This document shows, piece by piece, positions 18,801-26,993 of a stretch of DNA of 32,000 bases. The DNA lies in assembly GCF_000011125.1 (NCBI RefSeq), contig NC_000854.2, forward strand, positions 1 to 32,000, in the 5' to 3' direction. A program made the position numbers and the translations under genes. Below the pieces are notes generated by a model that had not been told where the DNA came from, ran no database searches, and saw only the letters and a list, made by a program, of their open reading frames with translations. The stretch is from Aeropyrum pernix K1. GTDB lineage: Archaea > Thermoproteota > Thermoprotei_A > Sulfolobales > Acidilobaceae. How positions within the stretch are numbered: position 1 is the stretch's first letter; each line of letters starts with the position of its first letter.

Positions 18801-19384
18801 AGCTAGTTCCCGCTCTCAAGAAGGCTTTTGTGAGAATGGGCGAGCGGCTGAGAGACGAAGGAATAATAGATGATAGCCTAGACATATATTATCTTAAGCT
18901 GGACGAGATAAAATCTATCCAAAGATGGCCGCCCCCCGAGAACATGGGAGCAGACCTGAGAGCAGTTGCTTTGGCGAGAAAAAGGAAGATGAAATCTCTA
19001 TCTTCAAAGCCCTTCGTCGACCCTCGGCTACTCCTGGTTATATCTCGGAGGGATAACATTGAAGGAGCCTTAGTGACAGGTATTCCAGCCAGCCCGGGTA
19101 TCGCCGTGGGTACTGTCAAAATTGTGAGGGACGCCAGCGAGTTCCATAAACTTAGGCATGGAGACATACTTGTCGCTCCATTTACGACTCCCGCATGGAC
19201 ACCGCTCTTCAGGGTTGCAGCTGCTGTAGTTACCGACACTGGCGGTCCACTATCCCACGCCGCTTTAACGGCTAGGGAGTACGGCATCCCAGCTGTTGTG
19301 GGCACTGGTCTTGCGACCAAGGTTTTGAAGGATGGTATGAGGGTGAGAGTTGACGGGTATCGTGGAGCAGTTTACAAGGCCTAG
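18728..19384 (+). CDS. PEP synthase / rifampicin phosphotransferase-like protein, C-terminal part with the phosphohistidine swivelling domain
   Basis: 'REDTRFYAMKLVPALKKAF..GERLRDEGIIDDSLDIYYLKLDEI', 'VTGIPASPGIAVGTVKIV', 'VTDTGGPLSHAALTAREYGIPAVVG'; no C-terminal TIM barrel of true PpsA. Confidence 0.85.
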   Translation: MFLRILYNAREFHRIREDTRFYAMKLVPALKKAFVRMGERLRDEGIIDDSLDIYYLKLDEIKSIQRWPPPENMGADLRAVALARKRKMKSLSSKPFVDPRLLLVISRRDNIEGALVTGIPASPGIAVGTVKIVRDASEFHKLRHGDILVAPFTTPAWTPLFRVAAAVVTDTGGPLSHAALTAREYGIPAVVGTGLATKVLKDGMRVRVDGYRGAVYKA

Positions 19385-19386
19385 GT

Positions 19387-20850
19387 GTGCCTTCCTTGTC
19401 CCCGGGAGAAGAGAGCAGAATACATCTTACGACAAAAGCTCTCTCGCTAGCACTGACAGCCTTCCTCGTGATGTATGTTGAAGCCGTACTATACACGAGT
19501 GTTCCAGCCATACAGGCCGAGCTAGGAATCAGCCCTGTAGAGGCTTCGTGGATATTCACCTCATATCTAGTCACAGGTAGCGTGTTGATACCTCTCATGG
19601 GGAGACTTGGTGATGCTGTTGGGAGGAGGAGAACGCTCATACTAATATTAATAATATTCGGAATATCTCTCCTCCTAGGAGGTAGCGTTAACTCGTTCCG
19701 CCTCCTCCTCGGACTGAGAGCTGCTCAAGGTGTTGGTATGACAGCTTTACCTCTTATATATGCAATTGTTAGAGAGGAGTTCCCCCCGAACAGAGCTCCA
19801 GTAATACAGGGTATACTCGCGGCTATGAACGGTATTGGCCTCCTTATAGCCCTTCCAGCAGGAGGCTGGGTAACAGAAAACCTTGACTGGAGACTCAACT
19901 TCGTCTTAATATCCCCGCTAGCACTGCTGTCTATTTTGCTTAACATAGCTCTCCTCAAAGACACCAGGGATCTTAGCCTAGACAAGTCTCTCTCAGGGAT
20001 GAGGGTTAGCGTAGCAAGCGTGCTTTCGTTTGCCGCCCTCGTCACCTCCCTTCTAATCCTGATAACAATTCATACTACCGGGGAATCCGGAGAGTATGCA
20101 CAGGGACTCCTCCTAGCCATCTTCATCGTGTCCCTACTAGCCTTCCGCTGGAGCGAAAGAAGATCTAGTGCTCCACTACTTCCAATATCCACTTTCAACA
20201 GGAGTGTAAGGCTCGGAGTATTTTGCGCCTCTATCATAGCTGTTACCTTCCAGCTCGTTCTTTTCGTCCTTCCATATCTACTGCAAACACCTCATCCTAA
20301 CGGCTTTGGCTTAACCCCTACAGAGTCTGGGGTTTACATGATGCTCCTCATTGTGTCCTATGCGATATCATCGCCTCTAGCTGGTTACCTAGTTGTGAGG
20401 GTAGGTATGAAGAGAATCGCCTACGCTGGATCGTTATTATCAGCAGCAGCTTACTTAGCAGTTGCAGTCAAGCCTCTTCAGAGCCCTTTACTTGAGGTAA
20501 CTCTCGTTTCTTTGGGTTTTGTGGGCATGGCCTTTATAAACAACTCACTTATCAACATTGTGGTTTACTCCGCAGATAAGTCATACCTATCGACCACGAC
20601 AAGCCTTTACACTCTCCTCAGAACACTAGGCTCTGCACTAGGACCGTTGATAGGCGGGCTCATATTCTCAATGTGCTCATACTCGGAGATTAAAACAACT
20701 CAAATCACAAGCTTCTCTATAGATCCTTTATCGTACAGCCTGGCTTTCGCGGCGGCATCCTCCTTGTTCCTAATAGTGCTTGCCATGGTATTGCAGATTG
20801 ATGAACCATCTCTCCTAAAGGATTTGTCACCAAGTAGAGTCTTGACATAA
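19387..20850 (+). CDS. MFS transporter, DHA2/EmrB-QacA-like drug exporter
   Basis: 'VPAIQAELGISPVEASWIFTSYLVTGSVLIPLMGRLGDAVGRRRTLI', 'RAAQGVGMTALPLIYAIVREEFPPNRAPVIQGILAA', about 14 TM segments. Confidence 0.88.
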   Translation: MPSLSPGEESRIHLTTKALSLALTAFLVMYVEAVLYTSVPAIQAELGISPVEASWIFTSYLVTGSVLIPLMGRLGDAVGRRRTLILILIIFGISLLLGGSVNSFRLLLGLRAAQGVGMTALPLIYAIVREEFPPNRAPVIQGILAAMNGIGLLIALPAGGWVTENLDWRLNFVLISPLALLSILLNIALLKDTRDLSLDKSLSGMRVSVASVLSFAALVTSLLILITIHTTGESGEYAQGLLLAIFIVSLLAFRWSERRSSAPLLPISTFNRSVRLGVFCASIIAVTFQLVLFVLPYLLQTPHPNGFGLTPTESGVYMMLLIVSYAISSPLAGYLVVRVGMKRIAYAGSLLSAAAYLAVAVKPLQSPLLEVTLVSLGFVGMAFINNSLINIVVYSADKSYLSTTTSLYTLLRTLGSALGPLIGGLIFSMCSYSEIKTTQITSFSIDPLSYSLAFAAASSLFLIVLAMVLQIDEPSLLKDLSPSRVLT

Positions 20851-20897
20851 CAAAGTTATAGCTGAGGGGTCACAGATAGAAATTGTAATGCCGGGGT

Positions 20898-22379
20898 GTG
20901 TTTAGGTTAATGGAGGATGTTGTAAAAGCCCTTGCTAAGGAGGTCCTCTCTTCAGCTGATATAGAATGGAACCCTCCGCCGGGTCTTCTACGTAGGGAAT
21001 CGAGTAGGTACGCTGGATTTACTAAGACTGGATCTCTAGCAGTAGTGTCTAGCAAGGCTAGGGCTCGTAGGCCTGATAGAACGCGTGTAAAGTACCTTAG
21101 AGACGAGGGTTTCGACCGTCTCGTAGTGGATGCTTGGGACTACGTCGTTAAAGCTAGCTTCTACGCCGTTGAGCGTTGTGTGGGATCTGGGGATAGGAGG
21201 TTCCGCATCCTAGCGTTGGTGGAGAAGTCGTATCCCCACCTAGCGCTCATGTCCCATTTGAACTTCTTCCCATGCGGATCGACGGGTAGTTACGATATGG
21301 TGACGATTGATGTCCCCAGTTATAGTGATGTGTGGATGCTGGTGGAGAGGAGATCGAACTCAACTTTAGTTCTAGGTAGCGATTACTATGGCGAGCTTAA
21401 GATGAGTTTTCTTAGGCTGGCAATGAACGAGGCTAGGGACCGGCATCTGGGCGTGGGACTACATGCCGCGAGCAAGCTCTACAGAGTCAGGGTTGAAGGG
21501 TCGATGAGGGAGGTTGGCGTGCTAGTGTTCGGCCTCAGCGGCACAGGGAAGACTACTCTCACGGTAGAGGACCATGGGCTCAGAGAGCCCGAGTATGTTA
21601 GGGTTATGCAGGATGATATAGTTATTCTCGATTGGCGGGGTGTTGCGCACGGTACCGAGATGAACCTCTACCCCAAGACGGATAGCGTTCCTGAGCTGAA
21701 AAAGCTGGAGCCAGCTGTCCTACACCCCGATGCTGTGTTGGAGAACGTTGTAGTTAAGAGTGATGGTACTCCCGACTTTACAGATTTGAGCCTGACGCGT
21801 AATGCTAGAGCCCTTGCGATAAGGGAGGCCATACCCATTGCTAGCGGTAGCGTTGATCTCATGGGGACAAACGTTCTAGTCTTCCTGACAAGGAGGCCTG
21901 AAATGCCTCCTCTAGCCCGGCTAACGAGTCCGTACCAGGCTGTGGCATATTTCATGCTGGGTGAGAGCTTTAGGACGAGTGCAGAGGCTGGAAAACCAGA
22001 GCCCGTTAGGGTTCCTGGCTTCGACCCATTCATGCTTGAGCCAAAATGGAGATCTGCCTATTCCCTCCTAGATTTGATTAAGAGTCTTAACATGAATGTT
22101 TATGTTATGAATACAGGCCATGCAAAGGACAGGAAGATACCTCCAGAACTCTCCAAACACCTCCTACTATCTCTCGTAAAGGAGAATGTGGATTGGAAGC
22201 TTGATAAGCACATGGGCTTCGAGATTGCGGTTCGAGCTGGAGGTGTGAATCTCGACGGCTATAATCCCGAGGAGTTGTATGGGGAGAGCTACGTTCGGGT
22301 TGTTGACTTGCTTCGCCGTGATAGGCAGGAATTTCTAAGATCGATACCCAGCGTCAGTTTTCTAGCGGACTACGTCTAA
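20898..22379 (+). CDS. Divergent ATP-type phosphoenolpyruvate carboxykinase homologue
   Basis: 'YYGELKMSFLRLAMNEARDRHLGVGLHAAS', Walker A 'VFGLSGTGKTTLT' at about 21531, 'HPDAVLENVVVKSDGTPDFTD' follow the PckA scaffold, but several active-site motifs are altered. Confidence 0.72.
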   Translation: MFRLMEDVVKALAKEVLSSADIEWNPPPGLLRRESSRYAGFTKTGSLAVVSSKARARRPDRTRVKYLRDEGFDRLVVDAWDYVVKASFYAVERCVGSGDRRFRILALVEKSYPHLALMSHLNFFPCGSTGSYDMVTIDVPSYSDVWMLVERRSNSTLVLGSDYYGELKMSFLRLAMNEARDRHLGVGLHAASKLYRVRVEGSMREVGVLVFGLSGTGKTTLTVEDHGLREPEYVRVMQDDIVILDWRGVAHGTEMNLYPKTDSVPELKKLEPAVLHPDAVLENVVVKSDGTPDFTDLSLTRNARALAIREAIPIASGSVDLMGTNVLVFLTRRPEMPPLARLTSPYQAVAYFMLGESFRTSAEAGKPEPVRVPGFDPFMLEPKWRSAYSLLDLIKSLNMNVYVMNTGHAKDRKIPPELSKHLLLSLVKENVDWKLDKHMGFEIAVRAGGVNLDGYNPEELYGESYVRVVDLLRRDRQEFLRSIPSVSFLADYV

Positions 22380-22444
22380 GCCTTTATTTCCAAGTTAAGA
22401 ATTGAGGTTCATGACGTAGCAGCCCATCAAGTATTGTCATTTTC

Positions 22445-22505
22445 TAATATCAAATATATTATCACATACCCATAAAACCAATTTTATATATATGATGGTG
22501 GGAAA
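22445..22505 (+). promoter_or_regulatory. Putative promoter/operator of the sugar-type ABC operon
   Basis: Inverted repeat TAATAT-CAAAT-ATATTA (22445-22461) followed by TATA-like TTTTATATATATG (about 22483-22494) upstream of TTG 22506. Confidence 0.35.
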
Positions 22506-23912
22506 TTGGAGGCACCCAGATCCCTCGCTATAACCGCGGGCCTTCTAATAGTCGTGATCCTCATATCCCTCTTCTCGTACCTCTCCATAACTTCGAGGAT
22601 AGAATCTGTTGAGCAAAGTGTTAGCAGTGTTCAGGAGGATATTTCCGAGGTCAAGCAGAGAATCTCTGGTATAGAGCAGGAGATCAAAGGTATTAAAGAA
22701 GCGGCTGGGGGAGAGACTACAACACCAGTTACGGAAACCGAGGTTAAGACCGAGACTGTTGTAGTTGAGAAGGTTACACTCACCGTCATCGGGCCTTGGT
22801 CTGGAAAGGAGCAGGAGTACTTTATGACTGCGCTAGAGAAGTTCATGGAGGAGAACCCCAATGTTACAATAAAGTATGTCCCGATGAGGGCTGAAGAGGT
22901 TGCGAGGACCCTTTCAGTCCAGTTCGAGGCCGGTGTTACACCAGCCGACGTTGTAATAACCCCGTGGGCCTGGTGGATAGTTGAGATGGCGCAGAAGGGC
23001 CATGTGATAGAGGTAACCGGGCTCATCAATGAGGACGAGTATGTAGGCGGTATACTCGATAATGTCAAGTGGAATAACAAGCTGTGGGGCGTCCCCTTCA
23101 CGATGTGGTTGAAACCGGGGTTCTGGTATAAGAAGTCGTTCTTCGCCAAGCACGGCCTCTCTGAGCCAAACAGCTGGGAGGAGTTCCTCCAGCTCCTGGA
23201 TCAAATTAAGGGGATAGAAGGTATAAAGAACCCAATAGTTTCGGGCGACAGCGTTGGCTGGCCCCTAAGCGACGTTACAGAGCACTTTATAATAGCATTC
23301 GGCGGTCCGGAGCTGCAGTACAAGCTGATAACAGGGGAGGTTTCGTTCACAGACCCACAGGTCGTTGAGATCTTTGAAAAGCTGGCTATGCTGATAGAGC
23401 AGGGTTACTTCAGCGAGCCGATAGAGTGGACCAGTGCCGTGGAGAAGTGGTGGGCCGAGGAGTACGCCCTCTACTTCATGGGAACATGGATAACAGGTAT
23501 GGTTGAAGACCCGAACGACCTCGCATTCTTCCCACTCCCGGGTGCTAGGGGCGTCGTCGGAGGCACAGACTACGCTTTCATACCAAAGTATACGGAGAAC
23601 CTAGAGGCCGCTAAGCTGCTGCTACAATACTTAGCCACTGAAGGGCAGGCGGTACACGTCTCGACCCCTGCTGGAAAGGTCCCGACCTGGCTTGGAGTGA
23701 GCGTGGACCAGCTGTGGCCGCCGATGCAGGGCGTTTTCGCCAAGATAAAGGAGCTTAACATGACGATAGTTCCGGATCTAGACGACACCGTGGGTGGGAA
23801 CTGGCAGGTGCTCTTCTGGGACCAGCTAAAGCTCCTGTGGGTCCAGCCCGACAGGCTCAGCGAGGTCCTGGAAACCCTCGCGAGTCAGCACCCTGCTAGT
23901 GCTGGAGGCTAG
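22506..23912 (+). CDS. ABC transporter extracellular substrate-binding protein (sugar/CUT1-like) with N-terminal TM anchor and coiled-coil stalk
   Basis: N-terminal TM, heptad region, then 'LTVIGPWSGKEQEYFMTALEKFMEENPNVTIKYV...LWGVPFTMWLKPGFWYKKSFFAKHGL' family-1-like solute-binding pattern; first gene before two permeases and an ATPase. Confidence 0.88.
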   Translation: MEAPRSLAITAGLLIVVILISLFSYLSITSRIESVEQSVSSVQEDISEVKQRISGIEQEIKGIKEAAGGETTTPVTETEVKTETVVVEKVTLTVIGPWSGKEQEYFMTALEKFMEENPNVTIKYVPMRAEEVARTLSVQFEAGVTPADVVITPWAWWIVEMAQKGHVIEVTGLINEDEYVGGILDNVKWNNKLWGVPFTMWLKPGFWYKKSFFAKHGLSEPNSWEEFLQLLDQIKGIEGIKNPIVSGDSVGWPLSDVTEHFIIAFGGPELQYKLITGEVSFTDPQVVEIFEKLAMLIEQGYFSEPIEWTSAVEKWWAEEYALYFMGTWITGMVEDPNDLAFFPLPGARGVVGGTDYAFIPKYTENLEAAKLLLQYLATEGQAVHVSTPAGKVPTWLGVSVDQLWPPMQGVFAKIKELNMTIVPDLDDTVGGNWQVLFWDQLKLLWVQPDRLSEVLETLASQHPASAGG

Positions 23913-23926
23913 ATAGGTGTAGCTGC

Positions 23927-24823
23927 TTGGCAGGCCCTCCCAGAGGCTATTTTAAAGCCCTCGTTTTTCTCCTTCCCGCATTCACATTCATAACTATATT
24001 CGTCATCGCACCCTCAATCGCCACAGTGTATCTAAGCCTCAACGTCGACGGCCATATAAACCTGGAGAAGTATGCGGAGGTGGTTAGCGAGAGGTCTCCG
24101 GACAAGGCCCTCATTATGATAACCAGCAGGCCTGAATCGCCTCCCTGGGGAGCACTTATCCACAATATAATCTGGATGGCCCTACACATACCCCTAGTAA
24201 CTTTCCTTGGCCTATTCCTAGCATACCTTCTCAAATACACCTTCGGGTCTTCCATAGTCAAAACGATAGTTTTCATAGGCATGGTAATCCCCATGGTTGT
24301 AGGAGGCTTGATTGTAAGGTTCATGTTCGACGAGTATGTTGGAGTGGTTCCTCTAGTCTTTAAAGCCTTAGGAGTCGATTTTCTAGCTAAAACATGGACG
24401 AACTACCCCCAGCTATCGCTGCTCTCCCTGATACTCGGCTCTGTCTGGCTATGGACTGGCTTCAGCCTTACAGTATACTCCGCAGCCCTAGGCTCCATAC
24501 CCTCCAGCTTTATAGAGGCTGCGAGGATAGACGGCGCTGGCCACTGGCATATCTTCTGGAAGATAGTGTTCCCGCTTGTAAGGCCCGCCACCATCATAGT
24601 CGTAGTTATGACTATGCTGTGGGACTTGAAGATATTCGACATAGTGTACGTTGCTACATTAGGCGGTCCTGGAGGCTCGTCAAACGTTCTAGCGCTTGTC
24701 ATGTACCAGTATATGGCTAGAGCTCTTGACTATCAAGCTGCATCTGCAGTGGCGGTTATACTTACGCTACTAACACTCCCGCCCGGATTATGGCTGGCCT
24801 TGCGTCTCAGAAGAGGGGGTTGA
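23927..24823 (+). CDS. ABC transporter permease (MalF/UgpA-like)
   Basis: 'EAARIDGAGHWHIFWKIVFPLVRPATIIVVVMTM' EAA loop and 6 TM segments. Confidence 0.92.
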   Translation: MAGPPRGYFKALVFLLPAFTFITIFVIAPSIATVYLSLNVDGHINLEKYAEVVSERSPDKALIMITSRPESPPWGALIHNIIWMALHIPLVTFLGLFLAYLLKYTFGSSIVKTIVFIGMVIPMVVGGLIVRFMFDEYVGVVPLVFKALGVDFLAKTWTNYPQLSLLSLILGSVWLWTGFSLTVYSAALGSIPSSFIEAARIDGAGHWHIFWKIVFPLVRPATIIVVVMTMLWDLKIFDIVYVATLGGPGGSSNVLALVMYQYMARALDYQAASAVAVILTLLTLPPGLWLALRLRRGG

Positions 24824-25698
24824 TAGGGGTGGCCGAGATGCTCGCCAGTAGGAGGTTGAGGCAGGTTCTCAGGGTTGACGTTGTTTTGATTAACCTGCTA
24901 GCATGGGGTTTCGCCCTGGTATGGCTGCTGCCGTTCATAGGGTTGTTTATGGTGTCTGTGAGGCCTTACGGAGAGGTTATCGTGAAGGGGTGGTGGAACA
25001 TCGTTGATGCAACGTTCACCATGGACAACTATATTAAGGCATGGTCCTACGATCCCTACTCGGTCTCAGGGGGTTATATAAACTCTCTGATAGTAGCTTT
25101 GCCCGCGACAGTAATTCCGGTAGCAGCGGCTTCCTTTGCAGCATACGGATTCTCCCGGTTCTCCTTCCCCTTGAAAAGCTACCTCTTCCTGGTTACGATA
25201 CTGTTGATGGCCCTTCCTCAGCAGATTGTGGTGGTGCCTCTATTCCTCCTGCTCAAAAACCTGGGGCTTATCAACACGTTCCCGGGAATAATACTGGTTC
25301 ACAGTGCGTGGGGGATGGCGTGGATAATATTCTTCATGAAGAACTTCTTCGACATCCTACCTCGAGAGGTCGAAGAGGCGGCGAGAGTAGATGGGGCCTC
25401 GGACTTTAGGATATTCTACAAGATAGTGCTGCCGATGAGCCTTCCGGGAATCCTGTCAGCGTCTGTGCTCCAGTTCACATGGGTATGGAGCAGCTTCTTC
25501 TTCGAGCTTATATTCCTGATAGACCCGAGTAAGTGGGTCATAACTCAGAGGATAGCTAACATGAAGGGAACATACCTAGTGGACTGGGGTTTGATTGCGG
25601 CTGGGTCTGTGTTCGCGATGGCTGTACCGCTGGCTGTATACATGCTTCTCCAGAGATACTATATACGTGGGTTTGTCGGCTGGGCTGCGAAGGGGTGA
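24790..25698 (+). CDS. ABC transporter permease (MalG/UgpE-like)
   Basis: 'EEAARVDGASDFRIFYKIVLPMSLPGILSASVLQFTWVWSSFF' EAA loop; start probably slightly downstream of 24790. Confidence 0.92.
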   Translation: MAGLASQKRGLIGVAEMLASRRLRQVLRVDVVLINLLAWGFALVWLLPFIGLFMVSVRPYGEVIVKGWWNIVDATFTMDNYIKAWSYDPYSVSGGYINSLIVALPATVIPVAAASFAAYGFSRFSFPLKSYLFLVTILLMALPQQIVVVPLFLLLKNLGLINTFPGIILVHSAWGMAWIIFFMKNFFDILPREVEEAARVDGASDFRIFYKIVLPMSLPGILSASVLQFTWVWSSFFFELIFLIDPSKWVITQRIANMKGTYLVDWGLIAAGSVFAMAVPLAVYMLLQRYYIRGFVGWAAKG

Positions 25699-25705
25699 TG
25701 CCTGG

Positions 25706-26812
25706 ATGGCTGAGATTAGGCTGGAGGGCGTTGTTAAAAGGTTTGGCAAGGTAGTCGCCGTGGACCATGTAGACCTTAGCATTAAGGACGGAGAGTTCTT
25801 CGTCCTCCTAGGCCCAAGCGGCTGCGGGAAGACAACGACGCTCCGACTCATAGCCGGTCTTGAATACCCAGACGAGGGAAGGATACTGATAGACGGGGAG
25901 GACGTCACGTTCAAGGACCCCAAGGACAGGAATGTGGCTATGGTTTTCCAGAACTATGCCCTCTACCCTCACATGAGTGTGTTCGACAACATAGCATTCA
26001 CCCTCCACCTTAGGAGGAAGGAGATGGGGCTAACTAAGGACGACATCAGAAGGCGGGTCATAGAGGTTGCGAAGCTCCTTAGAATAGAGGACCTGCTTGA
26101 CCGCAAGCCCGGCCAGCTGAGCGGGGGGCAGCAGCAGAGGGTTGCACTGGCGAGGGCCCTCGTGAGAAGGCCGAAAGTTTGGCTTATGGATGAGCCGCTC
26201 AGCAACCTAGACGCACTCCTCAGACTGGCTATGAGGGCAGAGCTGAAGAAGCTTCAGAAGGACCTTAAGATTACAACGGTTTATGTCACCCACGATCAGG
26301 CAGAGGCTATGAGCATGGCAGACAGGATTGCCGTTATGAATAAGGGGAGAGTAGTTCAGGTTGGCACGCCTGAGGAGGTTTACATGAGGCCGAAACACAC
26401 GTTCGTCGCAACCTTCATAGGGGCACCGCCGATGAACCTCGTGGAATGTGACGTTGAGTCTGTGGGCGAGGACCTCTGGATATCTTGCCCAGGCTTTTCC
26501 AGGAGGGTGCCTGAGGAGGCGAGGAGTGTTATTGAATCCAAGGGTGTCAGGAAGATATATCTGGGCATAAGGCCCGAGTTCATATCAGTATCCAGACGTG
26601 AAACAGAGGGCTCCATAGCTGGTAAGGTGTACGTTGTGGAGCCCCTCGGCTCTGAGTATGTGGTCAACGTTGACATAGGGGACGGCATAATAATCAAGGC
26701 TAAGGTACTGGGCCTAAGGGAGAAGATGACTCCTGGGGATAAAGTCTACCTGAAGCTTGATTGGAGCAAAGTCAAGATATTTGACTACCGAACAGGCGAG
26801 GCTCTGGCGTAA
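25706..26812 (+). CDS. ABC transporter ATP-binding protein (MalK/UgpC-like)
   Basis: 'LLGPSGCGKTTTLRLIAGLE', 'LSGGQQQRVALARALVRRPKVWLMDEPLSNLDALLR', C-terminal TOBE region; the tracked ORF begins at 25595 but ATG 25706 ('MAEIRLEGVVKRFGK') fits the family. Confidence 0.93.
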   Translation: MAEIRLEGVVKRFGKVVAVDHVDLSIKDGEFFVLLGPSGCGKTTTLRLIAGLEYPDEGRILIDGEDVTFKDPKDRNVAMVFQNYALYPHMSVFDNIAFTLHLRRKEMGLTKDDIRRRVIEVAKLLRIEDLLDRKPGQLSGGQQQRVALARALVRRPKVWLMDEPLSNLDALLRLAMRAELKKLQKDLKITTVYVTHDQAEAMSMADRIAVMNKGRVVQVGTPEEVYMRPKHTFVATFIGAPPMNLVECDVESVGEDLWISCPGFSRRVPEEARSVIESKGVRKIYLGIRPEFISVSRRETEGSIAGKVYVVEPLGSEYVVNVDIGDGIIIKAKVLGLREKMTPGDKVYLKLDWSKVKIFDYRTGEALA

Positions 26813-26901
26813 CAATCGATGTACTGGCCTGGATGCTCTAGCCTGGTTGCTTGCCAGAGGATGGGTTCTTACACACATTATAGGGTTCAAGACATCTTAG
26901 A

Positions 26902-26917
26902 TATATAGTTCTATATA
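26902..26917 (+). promoter_or_regulatory. Perfect 7-bp inverted repeat upstream of pstS (putative operator)
   Basis: TATATAG-TT-CTATATA at 26902-26917; a separate TATA-like AATAAATAA lies near 26962, about 26-30 bp before GTG 26994. Confidence 0.35.
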
Positions 26918-26993
26918 GTAGCATGGGCTATCTATTCACTATTGGTGAGAAGAATATAGCCACAATAAATAACTGGATACAACCGGGCGACAC

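Noticed and set aside
25595-25705. N-terminal extension of the ABC ATPase ORF (MRLGLCSRWLYRWLYTCFSRDTIYVG...)
   Set aside because: Overlaps the upstream permease by about 100 nt and lacks similarity to the family; ATG 25706 gives the canonical N-terminus.
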